A stretch of 64,000 nucleotides of DNA, taken from positions 109,740,001 through 109,804,000 of the forward strand of contig NC_043001.1 in assembly GCF_006345805.1 (NCBI RefSeq). Direction: 5' to 3'. The notes beneath the pieces were generated by a model. The model searched no databases. It saw only the letters and a list, made by a program, of their open reading frames with translations, and was not told the DNA's origin. Below, in pieces: positions 13,044 through 26,410 of the stretch. Made by a program: the position numbers and the translations under genes. Within the stretch, counting starts at the first letter, position 1, and every line of letters begins with the position of its first letter. Source of the DNA: Octopus sinensis. Taxonomy: Eukaryota.

Positions 13044-13279
13044 ATTGTTATAGATTCTTCACATTATCAAGAATAAGAAACATTATTCAATATGAGCCAG
13101 CTTAGCATTCTATATGTTTTCGTGGATTTCCTAAATTTTCTTCTTTGACGTTACAAATATTGCCAAATATCTCGAACTCTATGAAACTTCCCAACAGAAC
13201 AAACATTAAGCATCAATCTGATAAGTTTATAATAAACTATGTCGGACTTATGATACATACATACATACATATATATATA

Positions 13280-13431
<152 letters not shown>

Positions 13432-13948
13432 TTGTATAATTCTTTATCATTGCTTTCGTCCGTTTAATTAAAGTCTTCAGATATAATGCACAGAAAATTT
13501 TTTCGCCCGTACATACAACTCATATAGAGGGTACTGTCTTTTTCTTTTAGAGGAGGAGAAAGCGATAAGAGGAAGGATGGAGAGGGAGAGAGAGAGAGGA
13601 AGAGATGGAGAGATATGAAAGTATAAGATATCGTGTATCTTTGGATGGTCTTTGACTAACACGCCGTTGATGCTAAATGACCTCCTAAGTTATGAACTTT
13701 GTGTTTTGGAGAAGGGGAGAAAGAGAGAAAGATAGGAAAAAAGGACAAGAAAGAAAGAGAAAGAAGAGAAATGGGGAAGCGAGTCAAAGCGGAATTTGAA
13801 TTCAAAATGTAGTGGCAAACGAAATATCGCTCAGCTTTTCGCCCGGTGTGCTAACGATTCTGCTACCACGCCGCCTACCATATATAAAAGTAATGAAAAG
13901 TAACTAAATCCCAGAAATAAACAGGGTGCTTAAACATCACAGGTTATT

Positions 13949-14177
13949 GGCGAGCTGGCAGAACCGTTAGCACGCCGGGCGAAATGCATAGCCGTATTTC
14001 GTCTGCCGTTACGTTCTGAGTTCAAATCCGCCGAGGCCGACTTTGCCTTTCATCCTTTCGAGGTCGATAAATTAAGTACCAGTTACGCACTGGGGTCGAT
14101 GTAATCGACTTGATACCTATGTCTGTCCTTGTTTGTCCCCTCTATGTTTAGCCCCTTGTGGTGAATAAAGAAATAGG
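13949..14177 (+). mobile_element. SINE family A monomer
   Basis: ggcgagctggcagaaccgttagc head through gtgaataaagaaatagg. Confidence 0.9.
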
Positions 14178-14689
14178 TTTCAAGTTTTGGCTCAAGACCT
14201 TCAATTTTGAGGGAGGGTTAAAATTGATTTCATTGCCTCCAAAACTCAACTGGCATTTATTTTACGACCGGGAAAGGAAGAAAGACAATGCTGATCCCGG
14301 TGGTATTTGAACTCAAAAGGTGAAGCCAGAAGAAATGCTGCTAAGTATTGTTTTTCTCGCGTTCACGCGTGCGCCAGGTCGCTGCCTTAAAAAATTTACC
14401 GCGAGTCATTCTGTAGGAGGTTTTAACAACTCGGCCATTTTGACAACCCAACGTCACAGCGTATTAAAATTTATTTTAGTGATGTTTGAATAAAAATAAT
14501 ATGTAGGAAAGAAGCTGAACTCTAAACTTGGCGAGATTAATGAAACGGTTAAGACTTTACTAATTTATAAGTTCTTTGTTGCGCCTATGATCGGAACTTT
14601 AGGAAGATTGTTATGCCACTACAGTTTAATTATGATTAATTAATAATCGGGGATTAATTCTGTTTCAATTTAAAATAATACGAAGGCGA

Positions 14690-14880
14690 TGTGTTGTCAG
14701 AATCGCTAGTGCGCTTGGGAAAAAATGCTTAGCAGCATTTTGCTTGTCTTTACACACTGAGTTCAAACTCCACAGATGTCAGCTTTGCCTTGCGTCCTTT
14801 CGTAGTTGATAAATTAAGTACCAGTTGAGAGCACTTGTCTATCTCAAAATTTCACTTCTTGTGCCAAAATTTGAAAACAA
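14690..14880 (+). mobile_element. Degenerate SINE family A copy
   Basis: ctgagttcaaactcc..gatgtcagctttgccttgcgtcctttcgtagttgataaattaagtaccag. Confidence 0.65.
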
Positions 14881-15613
14881 TATATAAGAATAAAATATCA
14901 TTAACGGCGGTGCTCCAGCATGGCCACAGCTATGAGCTGAAATTGATAAAAATTTTGTCGGTCTTGTTTTCGCGATAATTATGATTTCACGGTCAATTTG
15001 TGGATAATTCTTTGCTGATAATCTTTCTACGTGCCTATGGCAAGCGATTATACAGATCAATAAATTTGATAAATAAAAGAAAATACAATGAATTCCAGGC
15101 AACCAATTTTAAATATTAATAAACAACAAAATTATTAATAAGCAACAAAATTTTATCCGACGCAAATAAAATATTAAATCATTTATTAAAAAAGATCAAT
15201 ATCAAACAACTATTTTGCTCCGAATTTCCAATACTTTAGCGAATTATTTCTTTTATGTGTATACGCATATCTTTGGTCATGTTTCCCAAATATATGACAA
15301 GCAGATATAAACTTTTCTCTGAATCATTGAGACCCTTCATGAGAAGAGATAAATGATTGCTCCATTCTGTTTTTTTTCTTTTTGTCTTGTAATTGTTATT
15401 TCAGTTAGAAAACAGATTTAAATGGTTTGTAATATTCCATGACTCTTTCTGTGAGTCATGACTCCTTTTGTGATTCATCTTATCACCCTTTTAAAATATT
15501 GATTTCATTTCTAGATCTGTTTCTTTTCTCTGGACTAGAGAGTTTAATTTATGGCGTATAATTATGTTGAGAACCAAAGATGTCACAGATCAGCGTCCGC
15601 CTAAATCCTAGCA

Positions 15614-15736
15614 TCAGACGGTCGTTATGATATCTGAGGGTACTTGAGTGCTTCCAGCTTTGGACTTTGGAGTCACATTCGCTTTCATCGCAGTGAACAC
15701 AGACTTTGTCATCCTCTGACACCGAGGAACTACCAA
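15614..15736 (-). CDS. Candidate terminal coding exon of an unidentified gene (LVVPRCQRMTKSVFTAMKANVTPKSKAGSTQVPSDIITTV*)
   Basis: Non-repetitive island, locally GC-richer than its flanks. Acceptor-like ttttttatctacacaattatatag precedes a phase-0 frame of 40 codons ending T-T-V-stop. An overlapping alternative frame is also open. No partner exons identified. Confidence 0.25.
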   Translation of the reverse strand: MVVPRCQRMTKSVFTAMKANVTPKSKAGSTQVPSDIITTV

Positions 15737-15949
15737 CTATATAATTGTGTAGATAAAAAATCGTATAATTTTTACAGTACATTTACAAATCATATCTGTA
15801 GGTACAGAATACTTATTAAAGTTATGATGATATATTTGTATCACAATTAAATGAATATAATGGAGTTTCATCAGTAGTCCATTAAAGCTCAATTCAAATA
15901 TTTCGTCTGTAAGACTTATTTTTCATTTAATAGTTGTCCTACAATTTTT

Positions 15950-16870
15950 GCGTGATTGCACCAAAATGTCCACTACGAGTGGCACAAATACCAAAGACAC
16001 TTCTTTTACTATACATCCATGGAAATACCTTTTTTCCTTTTCTGTTATTTCTGAGTGTTCATCTTTCTTGTTCTTACTCTGTTGCCACGTAAAAAAAGCT
16101 GTATCAGTTACCATCCCGTGTTTTATCTTTTTGTTGACAATAAAGATATCTGACATTTTCAGTTCCATTACATGGTGGCTTTGGATACTTAAATCCTACA
16201 TCCGCTTAATGTTCCCATTTCTTTTCAAAGAATTAAGTTTATGTTCATTCTGTTCCGTATATTGCCTCTGTCCAAATTCTATTTTCCATACAACATCAAA
16301 TGAACAATGCTCGTAATATTGTCTTGTCTCATTTCTATTATCTTTCTGCGAAATTTACTGCATTTGCTCACTATATGGCTGATGAAGTCAATTCTGTTTT
16401 TGTTTTTTGCGCTAAATTATCTACATCAGCAATTCCAAGTTTCCATTGCCAAACATCATTCCAGTTCCTACTCCTCTTTTCAACGCCCAGCCACCGACAT
16501 CATATCATAATCCATATTTTCTATGATTTCACTAACGTGTACAAACATGGCTTCGAAATATTTGCGTGTGTGATTTCCCCATTGAAATTTTCTACAAATA
16601 CATTGAAGAAATCAATGTATCTTTAGTTGCAACCCTTCGTTTTGAAATTACTGTTACTCCTCACCAACTCATATCATACCCTCCATTTCTTTCATCGGTA
16701 CTTCCCTGCCCGCACTTCCCAACTCCTTTTGACAATGGACGCTAAATCCCTCCACACAGTCATCATACACAACGACTTGTTCCTTGCAATGAGATACTCC
16801 CTGGACCGTGTAGCGTTGCCATCTCTCTGATTAACAACAAACTCAATCACAACATCACCATTGTGAATTC
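15950..16870 (-). mobile_element. Possible ancient RTE-like LINE remnant (endonuclease/linker region)
   Basis: Scattered degenerate matches only: ENFNG, CLAMETW, KKIKHG..TW..EITEKEKRYF. Many stops. Confidence 0.25.
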
Positions 16871-17234
16871 ATTTCATCCTGGAGAGATGATGTAAGAATT
16901 ATTTTAAGATATCGGAGATTTTGTTTTGCTCCGAGCAATCAAATTGTATTTTCTATATTTATCTTGTACAAACCATCTAAGTCCCACTTGTAACCTACTA
17001 ATACCAAATTTCAATCTACTCACCACAAATATATCATTCATTGATTCTCAGATTAAAGCACCTTTGTTACCTAAAACATTACGTTTATTTTGTACATATA
17101 TGGTTTCGCGCCCCTTTCTAATATATACTCACTCCTTTATCAAATTTGTTGAAATTAAATGATATATCCTCAATGATTAGACCCAACAAAATGTTTCTCA
17201 TAAATATATACATAGGGTTTCATATATAAATGTA

Positions 17235-17455
17235 TATGTTTGTGTTTGTGTTTCTGTGTTTGCGCCCCCAATACCGCTTGACAACCGACAGTGGTGTGCT
17301 TACGTCCCTGTAACGTGGTGGTTCGGCAAAAGCGACCGATAGAATGCGTACTAGGCTTATAAGGAATAAGTCCTGGGGTCGATTTCCTCGACTAAAGTCT
17401 GTGCTCCAGCATGGCCGCAGTCAAATGACTGAAACAAGTAACAGAGTAAAAGAGT
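17235..17455 (+). mobile_element. SINE family B 3' half
   Basis: cgcttgacaaccgacagtggtgtg..gctccagcatggccgcagtcaaatgactgaaac. Confidence 0.85.
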
Positions 17456-17829
17456 AACAGATTATTATACGAACAAATTCTACGTGCTGGAATAAGCACG
17501 CAACAATTTTAGGGTTTTTTCTGTTTCTTACTGGTATTCTTTTATGAATAAATTATAATCTACTTTATCCTTTCTAAAATCTATTTATGCCCAAATTTGT
17601 ATTCTTCTCTTATAAATTCATCCTTATTCTGTTTACTAAATATATCTTTAGCATTCTGTGGAAATGGCGTCGTGCTATAAGCTTCTCTAAAATTATAATT
17701 ACACAAACAACAATTAAAATCATAACATAAGACACTGCTATAATTGTATAATATAATGTAGTATAAGCTATAGAATTATCATATTTGTATTTAACACAGA
17801 CTATAACGTACATATACATACATATATAC

Positions 17830-17866
<37 letters not shown>

Positions 17867-17870
<4 letters not shown>

Positions 17871-18465
17871 TATACACTCTGAGTATATTTAAACCTCTTA
17901 TAGGCATAGTTTTATCCAAGATAACCGAGCACACACACAAACGCATATACACACTCCCTCACATATGTAAGTATGTATGTATATATATCTTATAAAATTG
18001 ATAAAACTAGTAGATTCAAATTTGGGCGATAAGTGAAAAAACCATTGTGTTCAACAGAGGTTTGTACAGCGAAACATTTATTTGTTTCTGTCCAAAACAT
18101 TTTATCTTTCATTCCTCAAGTTCACTCCGCTGCATTTAACGATTTTTAATATATATATATATAATATATATATATATATATAATATATATTCATATACAC
18201 TCTGAGTATATTTAAACCTCTTATAGGCATAGTTTTATCCAAGATAACCGAGCACACACACAAACGCATATACACACTCCCTCACATATGTAAGTATGTA
18301 TGTATATATATCTTATAAAATTGATAAAACTAGTAGATTCAAATTTGGGCGATAAGTGAAAAAACCATTGTGTTCAACAGAGGTTTGTACAGCGAAACAT
18401 TTATTTGTTTCTGTCCAAAACATTTTATCTTTCATTCCTCAAGTTCACTCCGCTGCATTTAACGA

Positions 18466-18470
<5 letters not shown>
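17867..18470. repeat. Tandem duplication of a 281-bp unique segment between (TA)n tracts
   Basis: 17867-18147 and 18190-18470 appear identical. Confidence 0.95.
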
Positions 18471-18519
<49 letters not shown>

Positions 18520-18522
<3 letters not shown>

Positions 18523-20029
18523 GTAAATAGTAATAATAATTATAAGCTTAAATCTTACAAGCATTCACCGTGTGCTACATCACTGAAGCACTACCATCAC
18601 TGAGTTGTAAATATTATTCCTCCAACAATCTCTAGTATGCACTTGCCAAGTTTTCTTTATATCTGTTTTCTGTCACTGCTATCATGACATGTCTGGATTT
18701 GAAATAATGGGCTTATCATCTTCATCCAACTACACAAAACGTCTGAATTTGTGCCACCGTATTTCTTGTTTGTGCAGTCGTATACCACATGTAACCCAGT
18801 GGTCGAAATCTCCCTAGTGTACCCAATATATAAAGCCCAACGTAATCTTAACCACTATAATCTTCCTGATCATTTATTAATTTTATGAATAATTTACGAA
18901 CTTTTGTTAACTTAATATGGAATACGACACCAGTCTAGACTCAACCCAAGCTGAGTTTTTAACGTATGATAAGTGCCGGATTATTAAAACTTTATATATT
19001 TAAATCACTTGACATGCTTGGAGAGGCGAGCAGATAAGCGAAATAAATATTGTCTTCAATTTGACTGGGACTAATTTTTGAAATATTCTTTCGGACTGAA
19101 TCGATCTGAACAGCAATTGTAATAAAATAAAAAAAGCACTATAATATAATTTTATCATTTGTTTGTCGGTACTACACACCTATACCATGTAATATTAAAT
19201 TAACTTGTTGAAACACGATCACAGATACGAACGGAAATGAACTTATGCATAAAAAATATTATTCACTTGTTTAATCCACACATTGATGTATAAAGTGTTG
19301 ATTTAGACAGAAAAAAAGGAAAATACTACCGATAGCAATTGATAATATAACTCTCGTTTGTATATTATAAAATGGCTTCATGGTATTATTTGGGAAATAT
19401 AAAATTATATTTTCTTCTGAATATAATTGAATACCAAAAACACAAGTATTAGAAATCCATTACTGTTTTTTCTCTCTACATCGATGCAGTTTATTTATAT
19501 CACGTTATTATGTTGATAGTTGCTAAATGAAATAAATATTTGATGCATTTATATAACAAAGATGGATAGGATTTATTCAATAATTTAGTCTTCCAATACA
19601 AAATAAACAAAAAGGCAAAAGTCATTACAATAGTTACATTCCAAGGATTTCTCAACTTATGTGGAATTGTTGAATTTCATATATATTCGAGCATAATAGT
19701 TCTTTGAAATATATTTCTATGTATTGCGAATTTAAATGTTGTTCATATCCTGAGCGAGCTGCCTATATATAAGATCGAACTCATTCATGTTACAACCATG
19801 CACTAGTTTTTTTTGGGGTATGTACTCATTTACTCTTTTACTTGCGGCCATGCTGGGGCATCACCTTTAGTCGAGCCAATCAACCGCAGGACTTATTCTT
19901 CGTAAGCCTTGTACTTATTGTATCGGTCTCTTTTACCGAACCGCTAAGTTACGGGGCGCAAACACACCAACAAAGGTTGTCGAGTGATGGTGGGGACAAA
20001 CACAGACACAAAAACATATACGTACATAC

Positions 20030-20060
<31 letters not shown>

Positions 20061-21560
20061 CCGGTAAATAGTAATAATAATTATAAGCTTAAATCTTACA
20101 AGCATTCACCGTGTGCTACATCACTGAAGCACTACCATCACTGAGTTGTAAATATTATTCCTCCAACAATCTCTAGTATGCACTTGCCAAGTTTTCTTTA
20201 TATCTGTTTTCTGTCACTGCTATCATGACATGTCTGGATTTGAAATAATGGGCTTATCATCTTCATCCAACTACACAAAACGTCTGAATTTGTGCCACCG
20301 TATTTCTTGTTTGTGCAGTCGTATACCACATGTAACCAGTGGTCGAAATCTCCCTAGTGTACCCAATATATAAAGCCCAACGTAATCTTAACCACTATAA
20401 TCTTCCTGATCATTTATTAATTTTATGAATAATTTACGAACTTTTGTTAACTTAATATGGAATACGACACCAGTCTAGACTCAACCCAAGCTGAGTTTTT
20501 AACGTATGATAAGTGCCGGATTATTAAAACTTTATATATTTAAATCACTTGACATGCTTGGAGAGGCGAGCAGATAAGCGAAATAAATATTGTCTTCAAT
20601 TTGACTGGGACTAATTTTTGAAATATTCTTTCGGACTGAATCGATCTGAACAGCAATTGTAATAAAATAAAAAAAGCACTATAATATAATTTTATCATTT
20701 GTTTGTCGGTACTACACACCTATACCATGTAATATTAAATTAACTTGTTGAAACACGATCACAGATACGAACGGAAATGAACTTATGCATAAAAAATATT
20801 ATTCACTTGTTTAATCCACACATTGATGTATAAAGTGTTGATTTAGACAGAAAAAAAGGAAAATACTACCGATAGCAATTGATAATATAACTCTCGTTTG
20901 TATATTATAAAATGGCTTCATGGTATTATTTGGGAAATATAAAATTATATTTTCTTCTGAATATAATTGAATACCAAAACACACGTATTAGAAATCCATT
21001 ACTGTTTTTTCTCTCTACATCGATGCAGTTTATTTATATCACGTTATTATGTTGATAGTTGCTAAATGAAATAAATATTTGATGCATTTATATAACAAAG
21101 ATGGATAGGATTTATTCAATAATTTAGTCTTCCAATACAAAATAAACAAAAAGGCAAAAGTCATTACAATAGTTACATTCCAAGGATTTCTCAACTTATG
21201 TGGAATTGTTGAATTTCATATATATTCGAGCATAATAGTTCTTTGAAATATATTTCTATGTATTGCGAATTTAATGTTGTTCATATCCTGAGCGAGCTGC
21301 CTATATATAAGATCGAACTCATTCATGTTACAACCATGCACTAGTTTTTTTTTGGGTATGTACTCATTTACTCTTTTACTTGCGGCCATGCTGGGGCATC
21401 ACCTTTAGTCGAGCCAATCAACCGCAGGACTTATTCTTCGTAAGCCTTGTACTTATTGTATCGGTCTCTTTTACCGAACCGCTAAGTTACGGGGCGCAAA
21501 CACACCAACAAAGGTTGTCGAGTGATGGTGGGGACAAACACAGACACAAAAACATATACG

Positions 21561-21568
<8 letters not shown>
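18520..21568. repeat. Tandem duplication of about 1.51 kb between (TA)n tracts
   Basis: 18520-20030 vs 20061-21568. They differ by a few single-base homopolymer indels and about one substitution. Each copy ends in a SINE-B tail on the minus strand. Confidence 0.95.
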
Positions 21569-21599
<31 letters not shown>

Positions 21600-21604
<5 letters not shown>

Positions 21605-21924
21605 AAAAAGGGTGGAATATAATTAATTTAATAAAATTAATCAATTTCACCTTGTAGATTTATAGGTATGGAAAAGACCAAATTTGGTAAGGGTTATAAT
21701 AATTATAATTAAGGGTTAAATGCAACAAGTTGCTCAAAACCACATACCGACAATATTAGAAATAGCAGCCATTTTTCGTTATTTTTCCTTTTTTGCCATA
21801 TACAGGTTACAAATTCTGTTTGTTTGTGGAGACTTTTTATTAGTAGAGGAAATGGTGATCAATTTTGGCTGCTATTTCTAATATTGTCGGTATGTGGTTT
21901 TGAGCAACTTGTTGCATTTAACCC

Positions 21925-21933
<9 letters not shown>
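21600..21933. mobile_element. Fold-back repeat, Penelope-like terminal-repeat type
   Basis: 68-bp complementary arms 21704-21771 and 21866-21933. Shares aattaatcaatttcacc and ttagaaatagcagc with the element at 63380-63597. Confidence 0.55.
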
Positions 21934-21975
<42 letters not shown>

Positions 21976-21976
21976 T

Positions 21977-22137
21977 ACGACGGGCTTCTTTCAGTTTCCG
22001 TCTACCAAATCCACTCACAAGGCTTTGGTCGGCCCGAGGCTATAGTAGAAGACACCTGTCAAAAGTGCGAAGCAGTGGGACTGAACCCAGAACTATGTCG
22101 TTGGTAAGGAAGCTACTCCTACGCCTAAGCAGCCACT

Positions 22138-22139
<2 letters not shown>
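21977..22139 (-). mobile_element. SINE family B head
   Basis: Minus strand reads ggagtggctgcttaggc..gacggaaactgaaagaagcccgtcg. Confidence 0.85.
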
Positions 22140-22202
<63 letters not shown>

Positions 22203-22789
22203 TAAATAGATAGATAGATAGGTAGATAGATATATACGAATCTGCATGCGTATGAACATTAAGGCCTGCCTACAAGCTCTTTGCTATGATGACATAAGTA
22301 TTACACTGTTTGTGTATCCATCTTTATTCTTGTTTGTACATGTGTTGAAATATTTAATCCCCTTCCACTGAGTTCGTACAAATGCCTTAAATGTTGACTT
22401 TCAATTGCATTTCCATATGCGATATAATGTTTGAAATCTTAGTGTATTTGTCAATATACCTATCAGAACGTAGCATCCTTCAGTTACACAATAAATTGGA
22501 ATCATGCCAGGATCGAATAAAGTGTCATCTCTCTCTCTCTCTTTCGTCCAGTGATTACATTATAGCATCTACAGTAAGCGTTTCAATGGTTTTATAATGT
22601 TTCCGTTTTAAATTAAGTGACCTTCATTCACGGTCACCTGTCAATTTACCAGTGAAATTGCCAATTGGAAACCAGGTTTATTCTAAACCTCAGTTCGTGC
22701 TTGATTTACGATCAACTATTCCACCTGCACGGATCACATTTCTTATGACATAAATGGATTTGGAATAATCTTTACCTTTTATTTGTTGC

Positions 22790-22980
22790 TTCAGTCATAT
22801 GATTTCGGCCGGCCATGCTGGGGCAGCGCCTAGAAGGGTTTTAGTCTAATGAATCGACATCGGGACGTATTTCTTTTAAAGCCTGGTATTTATTCTATCG
22901 GTGACCTTTGCCGAAACTTTAGGTTAAAGGGACGAAAAGAAACCAACACCTGCCGTCAAGCCTTAGAGGGGGACATGCAC
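22790..22980 (-). mobile_element. Degenerate SINE family B tail
   Basis: ttcagtcatatgatttcggccggccatgctggggcagcgcc..tattctatcggt. Confidence 0.65.
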
Positions 22981-23005
22981 ATATAGATATATATATATAT
23001 TACAT

Positions 23006-23037
<32 letters not shown>

Positions 23038-23149
23038 AGTTGCGGTGAGTAAGTTGTCTTAATTACACAAAAATGAAAATAACAGTGACAACTCATTTTA
23101 ATAGATAAAATAGATAAATTAGCCAAAATTACATAAAAATAACTTCAAA

Positions 23150-23320
23150 TATTACGGAGATGTACTTGTATAGCAAGTGACCTGATCTGAGATCGTGTGC
23201 TGGAACGAAAACAATTGCAACTGGAAGGTGTTTATAAGCCATTTAAAACACACAAAAACCGTTAGATTCAGTTCAGCATTTAAATTCAATTTGCCAAAAT
23301 ACTTTCGTCGCTTTGAGACC
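23150..23320 (+). mobile_element. Copy of the 7977-8215 repeat
   Basis: gagatcgtgtgctggaacgaaaacaattgc..ttcgtcgctttgagacc. Confidence 0.7.
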
Positions 23321-23970
23321 AGTTACGCACTGGGGTTGATATGATCGACTTAATACGTTTGTCTGTCCTCTCTGCGTTTATCCCCTTGTTGGTAGTAAAG
23401 AAATAGGTATTTCGTCTGCCGCTAGGGTTCTGAGTTCAAATTCGGCCTAGGTCGACTTTGCTTTTCATCCTTTCGGGGTCGAATATATAAGTACCAGTTA
23501 CGGACTAGGGTCGATATAACCGACTTAATTCGTCTGTCTGTCCTTGTTTGTCCTCTCTGTGTTTAGCCCCTTGTGGGCAATAAAGAAATAAGAAACGTTA
23601 GCACGCTGGACGAAATGCTTCGCGGTATTTCGTCTGCCGCTAGGGTTCTGAGTTCAAATTCCGCCGAGGTAGACTTTGCCTTTCATCCTTTCGGGGTCGA
23701 TTAAATAAGTACCAGTTACGCACTAGGTCGATATAATCGACTTAATCCATTTGTCTTTCCTTGTTTGTCCTCTCTGTGTTTAGCACCTTGTGGGGAGTAA
23801 AGAAATAGGTATTTCGTCCGTCTTTTCGTACTAAGCTCAAATTCCGCCGAGGTCGACTTTGATTTTTATCTCTTCCGGGTCGATAAATTAAGTATCAGTT
23901 GCGTTCTGTGGTCAATCTAATCGACTGGCCCACGCCCCCAAAATTTTGGGCCTTGTGCCTAGAATAGAAA
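23320..23970 (+). mobile_element. SINE family A, multi-subunit copy
   Basis: Three to four repeats of the central domain, ending gccttgtgcctagaatagaaaag. Confidence 0.9.
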
Positions 23971-24073
23971 AGTACGGAAATAGGGTGAAGATAGAGAAGC
24001 ACAGTACTCCCAACGCCCTTCTTTATATAAGTACGTATAAAGATGTGCATTCGTGCGCCTGGATTTGTGTATG

Positions 24074-24483
24074 TACAGTAGAATCTTGCAGTACGAGTGC
24101 TCCATTGTACGAATAATTCGTTGTACGAGCTGAGACTCGTGCCAATTTTTGTCTTGAATTACGAGCGGAAATCTGCAGTACGAGCGAGTTTCATCCAAGC
24201 ACAAATCATTCCATCTTTAATGTTATTCAGTTGATAAAACCAGTTTACATATTACTTTCGCATTCTCTGTTTTTTTTTTATAACTGCCATTTTACTTGTA
24301 ACTACACCATTCCTGTTTTAAAACCCACAAAAATTATTTTTGAGTGGTTTGGGGGGGGGGCTAGAACGGATTAATTATATTTTAATTAATTTCAATGAGA
24401 AAAATTGATTTGTAAAACGAGCAAATCATAAGACGAGCTCGGTCATGGAACAAATTAAACTCGTACTGCGAGGTTTCACTGTA
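24074..24483. mobile_element. pogo/Tigger-like MITE
   Basis: TA-cagtagaatcttgcagtacgagt ... actcgtactgcgaggtttcactg-TA inverted termini. Confidence 0.8.
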
Positions 24484-25194
24484 TTATGTAAGAAATCGAC
24501 GTGTGTTATGTTGAAAATCAGAAGCTCAATCGTTACATTCACAGCTCTTTACGATGGATACCAACTGAACCAACAGCATTTCAATCAACCTGCAACTGTT
24601 CTCACAGTTAAGTTTTTACTACAATGTGTTAGGAATAAAATATATAAAACTTCTCATTTTCAGAAATAACTTTTGAAGTGTGTTAATGCATTGTGTCGCG
24701 CCACTGTCTGGATTTTAAATGTTCTATAGTTACCAATATTTCAGGAAATCAATGTAAAAATAACAAAAAACAGTTAGATTAAATGCATAATGTATACGCA
24801 CGAAAGTAAAATGTAATAAAAGCGATTTTTTTTCAGTGTATAGAAATTGATTCCAAATGCATTTGTCACGATATAATATTTTGCTTGCAGGCAACGCAAA
24901 CTTTACATGAAATAGGTTTTTAAAGTGAAACCTGATAATTCCTAAATGCTTGTAATGGAAAATATTGTATACATCAAGTGTACTTTATATCATTTAACGA
25001 TAGTTACTATTTAACTAGTATAATTTCCCATCTTCACATTTATGATTGTTCTTGAAAGACAGACATGAAGTTTAGCAAAGGAAAATGCATATTTATTAAT
25101 AAAACTGAAGAGACAAGCATAGATAGGTACGGTGTGCTGAGTTAAAAGTTTTATCAAATTTTCGAAGTTATTTGCTTTATTTGTCAAGTTACAA

Positions 25195-25870
25195 CAAAAG
25201 CGGACTAGCATTCAAATAGAGGCTATCGTGTGGCACCGTCTGAATCCAACTTTCTGCCATTTCTTTGATGCCGCCCTGATACCAGTTCTTGTCTTTTGAG
25301 GCGTAAAACCTCTTTACTGACGCTGCCGCCTCTTCTTGGTTGATGAATCGTTGCAAGTTCAGGAAGTGAACCGTGGATCGGAACAAATAATAATCCGTTA
25401 GTTCCGTACTATTTACTGGGCGTGATATCAGTTTGATTCGCTCAGTTTTCTGGGAATTATTCCGGGTAGGTCGAACGATATGTAGTCTTGCATTGTCTTA
25501 CTGCCGAAGAGACCACCTTCCGCTAACCAACGCTGAGTATTTTTGTCGCGCAATGGCATACGTCCATGAGATGTCGAGTTCCCTTGATATTCCGATTGCT
25601 ACTCGCTGAATTTGCCTTTATGGCTTGAAGAATGTCCTTGAAGTCCACGGTTTTATGCCTAATCGACATTGCCTGATCATCGAGGTTCTTGCAACCCGAA
25701 GAAATTTTCTTGAATCATCTGGTTATTGTACTGCGAATAACCTTTACCTTTCGAACAACAAATGGTTTTGGTTGCTCCTGCGGCGATATGGCCCTGTTCG
25801 AACTCGTAAGTCATAAGTTTCCGAATTAGACTGCGTTAGACGTTAATCTGGGCGGTTTTCAAATCACACA
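25195..25870 (-). mobile_element. Mariner (DD34D-type) transposase remnant, internally deleted
   Basis: N-terminal IRKLMTYEFEQGHIAAGATKTIC. C-terminal DYYLFRSTVHFL..RFINQEEAAASVKRFYASKDKNWYQGGIKEMAESW. Confidence 0.8.
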
Positions 25871-26037
25871 TTGAATGAAGCAAGTTACAGCGTGTCAGCA
25901 CATACAACCAACACGATGCTACCAACATCATCGGTTATGTCACGTGATATACATGCCGTAAAGTAGCAGATATGTAAATATTGCAAAACTTTTGACTCAC
26001 ATCAATATAAATCCGTAAAGAGTAAAAAAATCTTTTC

Positions 26038-26410
26038 TACTCTAGGCACAAGGCCTGACATTTTAGGGGAGGAGGCCAGTCGATTAGTACGCAACTGGTA
26101 CTTAATTCATCGACCTCGAAAAGGTAAGTCGACCTCAGCGGAAGTTGAACTCAGAACGCAGCGGCGGACGAAATACCTATTTCTTTACTACCCACAAGGG
26201 GCTAAACACAGAGGGGACAAACAAGGACAGACACACATATTAAGTCGATTATATCGATCCCAGTGTGTAACTGATACTTATTTAATCGACCTCGAAAGGA
26301 TGAAAGGCTAAGTCGACCTTGGCGGAATTTGAACTCAGAACGTAACGGCAGACGAAATACAGCTACGCATTTTGTCCGGCGTGCTAACGTTTCTGCCAGC
26401 TCGCCGCCTT
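26038..26410 (-). mobile_element. SINE family A
   Basis: Reverse complement of the family A head and central domain. Confidence 0.9.

Noticed and set aside
13440-13485. Hammerhead core ctgaaga..gacgaaa on the minus strand
   Set aside because: Stems I, II and III do not pair convincingly.
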